From Eledone cirrhosa (Eukaryota), in assembly GCA_964016885.1 (NCBI GenBank), contig OZ024744.1, positions 93,496,001 to 93,560,000 of the forward strand: a stretch of DNA of 64,000 nt. The letters are read 5' to 3'. Below the pieces are notes generated by a model. That model was not told where the DNA came from and searched no databases. It was given only the letters and a program-made list of their open reading frames with translations. How positions within the stretch are numbered: position 1 is the first letter of the stretch; each line of letters opens with the position of its first letter. The position numbers and the translations under genes were made by a program. This document shows, piece by piece, positions 49,323-62,642 of this stretch.

Positions 49323-51071
49323 TTACGTCCGCTTTTCCCTGCTTGCAAGGGTGGGACGGGTCTTATTCAGCACAGCATCTCTCCACTCGTCACGATCCCT
49401 CGTCATCTCCACCGTGAGCTTCAATGATCTGAGGTCTGTTCTCACCACCTCCGCCCATGTTTTTCGTGGTCTACCTCTACCACGTCTTCCTTCAACTGGC
49501 ATTTCCTGGCACTTCTTCACCCATCGGTCATCCTCCATGCGCATCACATGTCCATACCACCTCAGTCTCCTCTCCCGTACACTACATTCTATCCCTCTCA
49601 GACACAGTTTCTCTCTCAATACATTTATGCTGGGTCGTTCACGCACATTTACACTGCACATCCAACGGAGCATGCTTGCCTCATTTCTCTCCAGCCGTCG
49701 CATATCCTCTGCGGTTGCTGCCCATGTCTCACTACCATGCAGCATCGCGCTCCTCACACAGGCATCATACAACCGGCCTTTCGTACGCAGGGAGAAACCC
49801 TTCTTCGTCAACAGAGGAAGCAGCTCCCTAAACTTCTTCCAACCCGTCCTTATTCTAGATACTATGGCCTCGGAACACCCTCCTCCCATGCTAATCTGAT
49901 CTCCTAGGTACCGGAAGCTATCCACCACTTCTATAGCGCCCTCTCGCATTTGAAAAATGTGTCTATCAGTGCAACTTCTACTGTCTAATTTCCCTGTACA
50001 TCTACTGCATACATATTTCTCCCTACCTGTTAGTTTGCCTGCTATCCCGCTACATCTCTTGTGTACCCAGGACCTGCATTGTGTGCATTTTATAGAATTT
50101 TTGCCAGTTCCTTTTCTGCATATCGAACATGGCCATTTCCCTGACGGAATCAGGGTTTTGTCCTCTTTTCTACTCATCAACACTTTTGTCTTAGCTAGAT
50201 TTACTCTCAGTCCTCTTGCTTCCAACTGCTGTTTCCATAGCCGGAATTTATTCTCTAGCTCCTCTACTGATTCTGCCATAAGAGCCAGATCGTCAGCATA
50301 GAGAAGTGCCCATGGACAGCCAGTCTTAAACTCCTCTGTTATGGCTTGGAGGACTATAATGAACAAGAGCGGGCTGAGGACCGAACCCTGATGTACTCCT
50401 ACTTGTATCTGGAATTCCTCACTAAACTCCATTCCTACCCTGACTTTACTGAGAGTACCTCTGTACAAAGTTTGCACTGTCCTCACAAGCCTTTCCTCAA
50501 CACCCAGCTTCCTTAGGGACCACCAGATGACAGATCGGGGTACCCTATCAAAGGCCTTCTCTAGGTCAACAAAGGCTAAGTATAGTGGCTTATTCTTCTC
50601 TAAGAACCTCTCTTGCATTTGTCTCACCAAGCAGAGGGCATCTGTTGTACTCTTCCCAGGCACAAAACCAAACTGCATCTCATTTAGTTTGACCCTTTCT
50701 CTAATTAGTTGTGCTAAAATCCTTTCTGCCACTTTCATAACCTGATCTATCAGCTTTATACCCCTATAATTGCCCCTCTCCAAAGCATCCCCTTTACCTT
50801 TGTAGCAATTTATGAGAATACTGCTGCACCAGTCTTTGGGTATGACACCACCATATATAGCCTGATTGATGATGCGTGCAACCAGTTTAGTGCCTATGTC
50901 CCCTGATGCCTTCAGCATCTCAGCAACTATTCCCGATGGTCCGGCCGCCTTACCATTTTTCATTTCCCTAATCGCCTCTTGGACCCTATATTCGTCAATC
51001 TCAATAGCTGGTCCCTCTGTCGGATCTATCAAGGGTAATTTCTCTCTCTCCCATTTGTTCTCCACATTCAT
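49323..51071 (-). mobile_element. RTE LINE (family A), 5'-truncated, uninterrupted 582-aa RT ORF with internal PHD finger
   Basis: All RT motifs intact (QFGF, FVDLEKAFD, GVHQGSVLSP, YADD, KTKVL, FRYLG); ORF ends at the (GAT)n tail at 49294-49320; endonuclease absent. Confidence 0.95.
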
Positions 51072-51575
51072 CAGTCTCTCATAATGACATTTCCAGGCCT
51101 CCTTTTTTTCATGTTTATTTATATGTTAATCAATTTCTAGTTATTATATATACATACATAGATTTATTGTCAAAGAAAAATCAGGTTACTACTCCTAATG
51201 GAAATTCTTAAATGTTATATTGGACTTTAGGTTCTAACAGTGACTACTATCTTTAGCACTTCGGTTAACCTATACTTTTGTCAGACAATATGATTAATTA
51301 CTTTACCTATTAATCAATATTTCAATATATATATATATATATAAACAATGTTAATTTTAACCTGTTGACTTACACTTCTTTATATATATAAACCCATGCT
51401 AGCGTGGAAGATAGATGTTAAACGATGATGATGATGATGATATATGTGTGTCTGTAAATATATAAACAATACAGGGAAAAGATATCATCATCATCATCAC
51501 TGTTTAACATCCATAAAGACTCAATGTTTTGGACATTAGTCCTTCATCAGAAAATAGAAAGATATATATATATAT

Positions 51576-51613
<38 letters not shown>

Positions 51614-52739
51614 ATATATATATAAACACACACAGACACCCGAATGTAACACATGCGCAAACTAAGCACACAACACACAGAAAAACAAGATGGCGTAGGA
51701 CAGAACAAAGGAGAGGCACAAAACAAAGAAAAGAATCCCCAGTCACTGAAGAGGTCACAGAATGTGTGACGAAAGAACTTTGACAATATATGAACAACCG
51801 TCCGGTTGTGGAACCAACCAACCAACAGGAAATTTATAAATTTTTAAACTTATAAATTAATTTATAATAAATTGGAGTGAAAGCAACTGGTGCGTGTGTT
51901 TCTTATTGGCAACATGACCCTCCCAAAGTATAACAATATCGGTTTCAACACACGTTTTCAGATAAAGAATCTTGCTAAACAAATTCAGAAACAAAATATA
52001 TATATATATACATTTTCTGTCATTACTATAACAGAAGTCTGACGAGCTTTTGTTCCAGAGTCGGGCTAGATCAATACAAATCTGATCAATTGCAAAACGT
52101 GCGTCACACCTTAATAAATGTAATGAAGATCTAAAACTTCATCCTTTTTATTATTATTATTATTGTTATATATATACATATATATTATTATTATTATTAT
52201 TAGGGCGGTGGATTGGAAGTATCGTTAGGGATTCGGATTCCATGCTTTGCAGCATAGAGTTACGGCCCTTTATGATCTGAGTTCAAATCCCGCCGAGGAT
52301 AACTTTGCCTTTCATCCTTACGGGGTCAATAAAATAAAGTACCAGTCACGCACTGGAGTCGATTTAATCGACTTTCCCCTCGCCCAAAATTGCTGGCCTT
52401 GTGCCTATATAAGAAATGCACTGGGATAATTGCTGGCCTTGTGCCAAAAGTAGAAACAATTATTATTGTTCTTTGAGTCTCAGTCATTGGTGTTATTTAA
52501 CTGGAAAGTGGATTGGCAGTATCGGTAGAGGGTCGGACGCCATGCTTTCCAGCATAGTTACGTCCCTTTATGATCTGAGTTCAAATCCCGCCGAGGTTAA
52601 CTTTGTCTTTCATCCTTACGGGGTCGATAAAATAAAGTACCAGTAATGCACTGGGTAATTGCTGGCCTTGTGCCTAAAGTAGAAACAGTTATTTAACTGG
52701 AAAGTTTGTTGAAATGAATATAAAGCCGCTACCTGCAGC

Positions 52740-53325
52740 CTCAGATATTCAGGACGTATCGGAGGGTTCTTGCTGTTCCCAGCAAACATGCCTTTTGAAG
52801 TGGTCCAAAAAAGGAGGCTGGACTAATGTTCTTTAACCATCCTTGAAAACTCTTTGAGATAGTACCTAGTGTACCTATGACAATCGGGACGACCTTGATC
52901 TCATGACAGTTCCGAATCCTTTTTAATTCCCACTTTAAGTCCTGGTATCGGTTAATTTTCTCCTTCTCCTTTTCTCTTGTGTCAAAGGGGCAGGCTACAT
53001 CTACAATCAGGCCCGATTTTTTTTTCCTTGTGAAAAACCACCAGATCGGGCCTATTGTGTTCTAATTTCTTGTCCGTCTGTATCCAATAGCACCTTCACT
53101 TGATCGTTTTCTATCACCGACTCTGGCTTATGCTCATACCACTTCTCAGAATGTGGTAAATTGTTTAGTTTGCATAGGTGCCAATGAATCAACTTTCCTA
53201 TCACATCATGTCTCCAGCCTTTATAGTGAGTCTGGGCTAGGTGTTTACACTCGGATACGATGTGAGCCACAGTCTCCTCTCTCTCTCCACAGATCCTACA
53301 CAGTGAGCTAGCCTCTTCCTTGTCA
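52740..53325 (-). mobile_element. R4/Dong-like non-LTR retrotransposon 3' fragment (CCHC knuckle plus restriction-like endonuclease)
   Basis: Minus strand: CRICGEREETVAHIVSECKHLAQTHYKGWRHD...KWYEHKPESVIEND...RPD...IVDVACPFD...KEKINRYQDL; clade assignment from recalled motifs only. Confidence 0.75.
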
Positions 53326-53373
<48 letters not shown>

Positions 53374-53699
53374 CAGTTCCCGTCCCATCCTTGCAAGCAG
53401 GGAAAAGCGGACGTAAAATGATGATGATGATGATGATGATATATGTAATATATATATATAATTGTTTCTACTTTAGGCACAAGGCCAGAAATTATCCCAG
53501 GGTATAACTGGTACTTTATTTTATCGACCCTGAAAGGATGAAAGGCAAAGTTAACCTCGGCTGGATTTGAACTCAGTCCGTAAAGAGACGTAACTGTGCT
53601 GCAAAGCATGGCGTCCGACCCTCTACCGATACTGCCAATCCACCGCCCTAATAATATATATATATATATAATATATATTATATATATATATATATATAT

Positions 53700-56075
53700 C
53701 TTCGCAAGAAGGGAAGCAGAGGAAAGAAAGTTCAAGTATGTTCTACAACGCGAGGACCAAAAACGTGAGGTGTTCAGGATTGCTAGGCAATGTGACAAGG
53801 AAAACAGTGATATTGTCGGGGAGAAGTGTGTACTTAATGATGATGGCGTACTTGCCGTCACTGATGCTGATAAGAAGGTAGCTTGGAAGTGTCACTACGA
53901 AAGGCTACTAAATGAGGAGAATAAATGGGAGAAAGACAGTCTCCCCCACATCGATCCAATAGAGGGACCAGCAGTGTTAGTTGAAGGTAGTATAATAAGT
54001 AAGGCAATCAAAGACGGGTAAGGCGGCTGGGCCTTTGGAAATAGTTACTGAGATGCTGAAAGCCTCTGGAACGGTGGGACACACCATGGTCACCCGGATA
54101 GTAAACCAAGTCATACAGAATGGGGTTGTTCCGAAGGACTGGCGTAGCAGCATCATCATTAACTGTTACAAGGGTAAAGGAGATGCCCTAGATAGGAGTA
54201 ACTATAGAGGCATTAAATTAATCGACCAGGTCATGAAGGTCACGGAAAAAGTAATAGCGCAACTAATCAGAGAGAGAATTGATCTAGATGAAATGCAGTT
54301 CGGGTTTGTGTCAGGCAAAGGTACCACAGACGCTCTTTTCATTGTACGACAACTACAGGAAAAGTACCTAGCTAAAAGTAAAACCCTATACTTAGCTTTT
54401 GTCGACTTGGAGAAAGCCTTCGACAGAGTCCCCCGTTCCATTATCTGGTGTGCTCTTAGAAAACTAGGTGTTGATGAATGGCTTGTGAGAGCTATACAAG
54501 CCATGTATAAAGAAACAGTCAGCAACGAATATAGTGAAGAGTTTAGCGTAAAAGTTGGCGTCCATCAGGGCTCTGTTCTCAGCCCCCTACTATTTATTAT
54601 TGCCCTTCAGGCTATAACAGAGGAGTTCAAGACCGGCTGCCCATGGGAACTCCTATACGCAGACGACCTGACACTCATAGCGGAATCAATGGCCGAGCTA
54701 GAGAAGAAATTCCAGACATGGAAGCACGGTCTAGAATCAAAAGGCCTTAAAATTAACCTGTCTTATACTAAAGTTCTAGTTTGTAGGAAGGAAAATAGGG
54801 CGCCGGTCCCATCCGGGAAATGGCCATGCTCAGTGTGTAGGAAAGGCGTAGGTAGGAACTCCATTTTATGTCCCAAATGCAAAGTATGGGTGCATAAAAG
54901 ATGTAGTGGGATCACAGGTAAGCTAACTAAGAACATAGATTTTACATGTGGCCAGTGCTCTGGTGCAATAAGTAGCAGCAAGTGCCCACAGAATACTAGC
55001 TCTTTCAATTGCACAGAGGGTTCTATAGAAATAGTGGACAGCTTCCGTTACCTGGGTGACAAAATCAGCAGTGGGGGAGGGTGCTCTGAAAGTACAGTAG
55101 CTAGAGTCAGAACTGAATGGAAAAAGTTCAGAGAGCTTATACCACTATTAGCCGCTAAAGGGTTCTCCCTAAAAATGAAAGGCAGGTTGTATGATGTCTG
55201 CATACGAACAGCAATGTTGCATGGCAGTGAGACCTGGGCATTGTGTGCAGAGGATATACGCAGACTAGAGAGGAATGAAGCTTGCATGCTCCGCTGGATG
55301 TGTAATAGTAATATACGTGAACGGCAAAGCATTAACGAACTAAGGGAAAAATTAGAAATAAGAGGGATCAGATGTTGTTTACTCGAGAGAAGACTACGTT
55401 GGTATGGTCACGTGATGCGCATGAAAGACGACAGCTGTATAAAAAAGTGCAGGGCAATAAAAATAGACGGTAGCCATGGAGTAGGCAGACCCAGAAAAAC
55501 CTTGGACGACTTGATAAATTCCGACCTCACACACTTACACCTCTCCAAGACAATGTCACTGGACCGAGATCTTTGGCGCTACTCAGTAATAGAGAAGACC
55601 CACCTCACCTAAATACAAAGTAAAACCTACTACAGTCAGTAGGCACCTCTAACAAAATACACCCCCGTCCCACTACCCCCACCCCATCCACACCGCCCCC
55701 TTCAATGTAAAGTTATGTTGGCACCACAACATCCAGGCTGAAACAAATGAGGTCATGTAGGTGTCACGACAAAAAACCTCCCAGCCCCACACTGTAAATG
55801 TGGTTGGTGTTAGGAAGGGCATCCAGCTGTAGAAAACCCGCCAGACAGTCCACGCTGTAATGTGGCCGTGTAGGTAACACGGTAAAAACCTTCCAGTTCC
55901 ACACTGTAAATGTGGTTGGTGTTAGGAAGGGCATCCAGCCGTAGAAAACCCGCCAGACAGTCCTAAGCGAGCAAGACAACCACTCTTGCCTCAAGTGGTA
56001 AAACTCCCGTCCAAACCCATGCAAGCGTGGAATATGGACGTTAAACGATGATGATGATGATGATGATGATGATGA
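53700..56075 (+). mobile_element. 5'-truncated RTE LINE (family C), 525-aa RT ORF at 54035-55612
   Basis: RT motifs plus PHD insert, 3' UTR and (GAT)n tail; starts right after a (TA)n tract. Confidence 0.95.
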
Positions 56076-57458
56076 TATCATCATCATCATTTTACGTCCG
56101 CTTTTCCCTGCTTGCAAGGGTGGGAAGGGAACTGATTCTGGCTTAATTTCTACAGCTGGATGCCCTTCCTAACACCAACCTCATTTAAAGTGAGTGTTGG
56201 GTGCTTTTTTTTCATGGCACCTACACGTCCACTTTACAGTGTGAGCTGGGTGCTTTTTTGCTGTGGCACCACCATGACCACTTTGCAGTGGAATATATAT
56301 ATATAAATATAACAGGTGTATTTTATATAAAATGAATTTTAACCATAACTCTGGTGTTAATATGTATATAGCAATCTTCTCCTTTCTCTTGTCCTCTCTG
56401 ATTTATCATAATGGTTTCTAATTTATATGATACTTTACAAGCCACAGGGCAGCAATGCTTTAATGGTACTTTATTTTATTGATCCTAGAAGGATGAAAAG
56501 CAAAGTTGATCTCAACAGGATTTTAACTATGAACATTAAGAGATGGAACAAATACTGAAAAATGTGTCTTACAATGCCCTAACAATTCTGCCAATCCATC
56601 ACCTTGGTTTTAAACTTAGGCACAAGGCCAACAGCTTGAAGGAAGGAAAAAGTCAATTGCATTGACTCCATACTTTTCTTAGTATTTTATTAAAATAAAG
56701 TACTGGATGGATGAAAGGTAAAGTTGACCTTGGTGGGATTTGAACTCAGAATGTAAAGAGACAGAATAAATATCACAAAACATATTTATATAAATTATGT
56801 GTATATATATATTAATATGTAAATAAAAATGGAGTAGACATTACAATTCAATGGGACGAAAGATATTAGTACTACTGATGATGTTACAGGTGTGTGAACA
56901 GAATTTTGATAGATTATATATATATATTTATAAGAAAGTATTGAAGTTTGCTTGAAGCATTGTGGAATAATAAGATATATTTTCTTTAGGTTGTTTTGGA
57001 AGCCTCAACAATGCAGATGGGTAATTCTCCGGGTAACAAGATCCGGTGGTGAAGAGAGAGATGTAAGTGAATGTAGAATGAGATGTATAGTGTGTAGAGG
57101 AACGTAGGAAAGAGTGTAAAAAATAAAAATAATAACATGAGATAGAGTTACCTTGGGAGAGATTTAATTGTCCCTATATTTCGGATTCACATCCATCAAT
57201 TGGGGGGTTTTCCGGGGGAGGGGGGAGGTTATCTGTCGTATAGGAGCGATACGTGTCCTCTGCTGTTCGTTGTTTTGAATATATATATATTTATATCTAT
57301 ATATTTAACAATTGGTCAATCAATGATAAACATTGATTGCCAGCTAAATTAACTGTAGGAATATAAAATATACAGAAGCAAAAACCAATCCAAACCAAAC
57401 AGTGAGTGTATTTTATTATTACAATATTATAACAATATGACCTTACCCAAATATAACA

Positions 57459-57531
<73 letters not shown>

Positions 57532-58968
57532 GAGAGAGAGAGAGAGAGAGAGAGGGAAGAAGAAGAGGAGTGAGGAGTAAGCAGATCACTATATTCTTAT
57601 TAACATAACAATTATGATTATAAATTCAATTTATATAAATTAGAATATCTGTACAATATATATCATCATCATTATCATCTTCATTTTACATCTACTTTCC
57701 ATGCTGGCATGGGTTTGATGGGTTTTCATGGTCTGTGACCAGGCAGTTTCGATGGACCTCATCTTGTACATAAATTCCGTATTTGGCATAGTTTTAGTTT
57801 CTATGACTGGATATCCTTTTTGAAGCATGCCAACCACCTTTCAAGGTGTACTGTATGCATTTTTTCATGGCACCACCATCACCACTGTACAGAGTGTAAT
57901 GTGTGCATTTTTTATGGCATCAACTATAATACTTTACAGGGTGTACTGGGTGCATTTACTCAAATGTGAGAAAAGCTAAAATTTCAAGTCCAATGTTGAC
58001 ACTAACTGGAAGTGAACTGGAAGTAATACTATATCTATATGTGAAGGCACATGACTTAATGGTTCGGGCATTTGACTGACAATCATAAGGTTGTGAGTTT
58101 GATTCCTGGTGGTGTGTTGTGTCCTTGAGCAAGACACTTTATTTCATGTTGCTCCAATTCACTCTCTGCTCTTTGAGTTCAAATTCTTCCGAGGTATACT
58201 TTGCCTTTCACCCATTCGAGGTCGATAAAAAAAAGTACCAGTCAAGTACTGGGGTTGATTCTTCCTCTATATCTCTTTCTCACTTCCTTTCTCTCACTCT
58301 CTCTATAATTCTCTAGAAGAAATCTGCTGTATTCAGACTTGGAGAGGAGATGGGCTCCACCAGGTTTTTAAAATGCCCTAGAAACGGTGTATGTCAAAAC
58401 AACACCCCTACAACTCCTCAGGAGTTATGGATCCATGGCATACCATACCTGTTCACACAGCTGGGGAAAATGAGTTGTACCTGTATTTCAAAGGGCCAGC
58501 CTTGTCACATTCTGTATCATGCTGAATCTTTGTCAGAACTATGTTATGGGTACAGATATCTGTGGAATATTCAACCACTTGTACATTAATTTTATGAGCA
58601 GGTTGTTCTGTTGATCAGATCAACTGGAACACTTGTCGTCGTAAACAATGTAGTGGCAACACTTTTTTTTTTATATCTACTTTCTTCTTCTTTGCACTCG
58701 ATATAAAATAATAATGAAAATTATAGTGTACAGTGCTCAGGTGCACCACAACTCACCAAAGGTGCATGTATAGTACATAGAATAATTGTTTCTACTTTTG
58801 GCACAAGGCCTTAAATTACCCAGTGCATTACTGGTACTTTATTTTATCGACCCCGTAAGGATGAAAGGTAAAGTTAACCTCGGCGGGATTTGAACTCAGA
58901 TCATAAAGGGAGGTAACTCTATGCTACAAAGCATGGTGTCCGACCCTCTACCAATACTGCCAATCCAC

Positions 58969-59285
58969 TGTACAAATATCAGGAAAGTAAACTGTGTATG
59001 AATCATGATATACAGACAGACACATGTTGCATGTGTATGGAGGGGGAATATCAGGTGTAGTGTTGGCACATTTCGGGAAGCATGGAGGTTTTGAAGGATG
59101 CAGTGTCTCGACAGCTAACAACTGATGCAGGTAGTTTGTTCCATGCTTCAGCAACTCTGAGCGTGAAAAAATGTTTCTGAAAGTCATGGGAGCTGTGTTG
59201 TTTTCTGACTTTGTAGGGATGGCCACAGGTGTTAGACACATGGAAGTCAAAAAAGATGCTCAGGGTTGTTGTTGGAAATGTAACC
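58969..59285 (-). mobile_element. CR1-clade LINE 3' fragment
   Basis: NTCGHPYKVRK...FFTLRVAEAWNKLPASVVS...SFKT is typical of the CR1 ORF2 C-terminus; its 3' UTR continues at 58705-58782 beyond a nested SINE and recurs at 41480-41660 and 29990-30082. Confidence 0.8.
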
Positions 59286-60824
59286 ATACATAACCCCTGG
59301 ATACAGACCCCTCGACCTATCTGTGTAGTCAGTAGCCCTGCTTTAGTACTGACTTGGTCTATGTAGACCTGTCCAACCCTTGGTAGCAGGGAAAGCAGGC
59401 ATTAAATGATGATGATGACGGTGATGGTGATGGTGATGGTAATGATGATGATGATGATTTACATTACTTATACAGAATAATAAAAATAATTTAAAAAAAA
59501 AAACATTAAAAATTTGTTTGGTTGAATTAAATTATAAAATTTTCAGACTTTAAAAAAAAAATGTTTTGACAAATTGTTTTGTGATAAAGGAGCAGCCCAG
59601 CCCATAGACAATGTGCATTAAAATAATGAGAGTGTATGAAACAGCTGTTGCATTACTGTAATAAAACAACAACAAACCTTCACTGAAAAAACATCAATAA
59701 GACGATTGTAAAGCACTAGGTATGTCATATTGTATATATCTCAATAATAATAATTGTTTCTACTTTTGGCACAAGGCCAGCAATAACACCAGTGTATTAC
59801 TGGTACTTTATTTTATCGACCCCGTATGGATGAAAGGCAAAGTTAACCTCGGAGGGATTTGAACTCAGAATGGCAAGGGACGTAACTCTATGCTGGAAAG
59901 CATGGAGTCCAACCCTCTACCGACACTGCCAATCCACCGCCTTAATAATAATAATGGTTTCTGAATTTGGCACAAGGCCAATAAATTAGGGAGGAGAAGA
60001 AAGTTAATTAAATCAATCCCCAGTTTGTTACTGGTACATTATTTTATCAACCCTGTAAGGATGAAAGACAAAGTTAACCTAGGCGGGAGTTTTAACTCAG
60101 ACCGTAAAGGGCCGTAACTCTATGCTGCAAAGCATGGTGTCTACCGATTCTGCCAATCCGCTGCCCTTTATTGATATCAATAATAATGCTTTTTTTTTTT
60201 ATTAACCACAAGGGTTGACATAAAGTATAACATTAAGGACAGTACAGGACGGTACAAATGGATATTTCTGTGCGTAAAAAAAAAAAAAAAATTATATGTA
60301 AAATAAAAAAAAGAATAATAATAACAATGGTTTCTGATTTAGGCACAAGGCCAACAATTTGGTGAGGAGAGGAAAGTTGATTAAATCTACCCCAGTTTGT
60401 TACTGGTACTTTATTTTGTCAACTTCGTAAGGATTTGAACTCAGAATGTAAAGGGACGTAACTATATACCACAGAACATGTTGTCTGACCCTCTACTGAT
60501 TATTGCCAATCCACCAATATCTCCTTATAATATATAACCAGCAATTTCTCTGTCTGTCTGTCCGACAGTGGAAACACGTGCGCGCGTGCGAATGTTTTTT
60601 GCGCACGCGTAGAGAGAGAGTGAGAGTGAAAGAAAGAGACAGACTACAAGAGGGGGATAGCGGGAGGGAGAGAGGGGGGAATTGAGGAGTGCTACAGAAA
60701 CATATATACATTTCTGTGTGTGTGTAATATATATATATATACACACACAGAAATATATATACATTTCTATGTGTGTAATATATATATATACACACACAGA
60801 AATATATATACATTTCTGTGTGTG

Positions 60825-60869
<45 letters not shown>

Positions 60870-62192
60870 GAAATATATATATATTTCCGTATGTGTGTAT
60901 ATATATATATATTACACACACAGAAATGTATATATATATACAGACAGAAATTACTGTATCTGTTGCTACCTCTCTCTCTCTCCAGCTATCCCTCTCTTTT
61001 AGTCTGTCTGTTTCTCTCACTCTCACTCTTTCTCTTTGTAACACACTAACATTCCTCCCCTCTATCGCTGTGACGAATGGGGAGATGGAGGAGGAGGAGG
61101 AGGAGGAGAGAGTCACTTCGTCACTTCACCTCTGCCTTTCTTTCTCTCCCCTCTCACTCCCTCATTACGTACAGACATTAGGGCGGTGGATTGGCAGAAT
61201 CTGTAGAGAGTCGGACACCATGCTTCATAGCATGGAGTTACGTCCCTTTACGGTCTGAGTTCAAATACCGCCGACGTTAACTTTGCCTTTCATCCTCACA
61301 GGGTCGCTAAAATAAAGTACCAGTAATGTACTGGGTAATTGCTGGCCTTGTGCCAAAAGTAGAAACAATTATTAGAAACATTGCTTCATTTTTACATATC
61401 TAAGCATTAGTAAAATAACTAATTTCAAAAGTAATTTTTCAATTCCAATTGTTATGAACAGCAAAACATTAATAATAATTTTGTTCTAAGAAATATATAT
61501 ACATTTCTGTGTGTGTAATATATATATATATATATTTACACACACCGAAATATATATACATTTCTGTGTGTGTAATATATATATCTATATATATATATAT
61601 ATACACACACCGAAATATATATACATTTCTGTGTGTGTAATATATATATCTATATATATATATATATATACACACACAGAAATATATGGGCATTTCTCTG
61701 TTTGTCTGTCTGTCTGTCTGTCCGTCCCTAAAACTCAAATGTAGGTGCTACAGAAATATTACCTTCCCCTTCCTTTCTCCACTTTGGTACTACCAAGAGA
61801 AACACTGTCGCTATAGAAACATTATCTTCCCCTCTCCACTGACTTTGGTCACTGAGGCCGAGGGAATCGCTAGTTGCTATAGAGACACCTTGCACGAGCC
61901 AGAAGTAACCAGTTCGAGGCGGTTCTGACCTGACACCATGCTAAGGACCATTTGAAGAAGGTTGCCATTGAATTTGTGGTTGTTGTTGCTGATAATAAGG
62001 ACCATTTGAAGAAGGTTGCTGCTGATGAGGTAATTTATTAATCAGATTGCGCAGTTCCATAACCTCAGTCTGGAGCTGCGGGATTTGATTAATACGTTTG
62101 ATTTGTTCAATTTCTCATCCAAATCTCAACAATATCAGTATATACACTAGATTTGCTAGCAGAAAACCGCCCACCGGGTGGTTTTCTGCTAG

Positions 62193-62561
62193 TCTATATA
62201 TATAAAACAAAGAATGTCTGTGTATCTGTTTCCCTAAAACTCGAGAACTACCCAACGATTTCTTTTCAAACTTTACACATGTAATACGTATAGCCCTGTG
62301 AGTGTTTTGAGCAAAAAAAAATTTTCAAATTATTTAGTCCTAGGGATCGAATTAGTGAAGTGGCCAATGTCTGTCCATAATGAGGGAGTGAGAGGGGAGA
62401 GAAAGAAACGGAGAGGTGAATAGACGAAGTGGCTCTCTACTCCTCCTCCTCCATCTCCCCATTCGTCACAGCGTTTTTCGATAGAGGGGAGAAATGTGAG
62501 TGAATTATAAAGAGAAAGAGTGAGAGTGAAAGAAACAGACAGACTAAAAGAGGGGGATAGC

Positions 62562-62642
<81 letters not shown>

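Noticed and set aside
49255-49907. Antisense ORFs over the RTE copies (also 18712-19338, 25038-25667 and others)
   Set aside because: Shadow frames of the RT coding strand, with no recognisable motifs.
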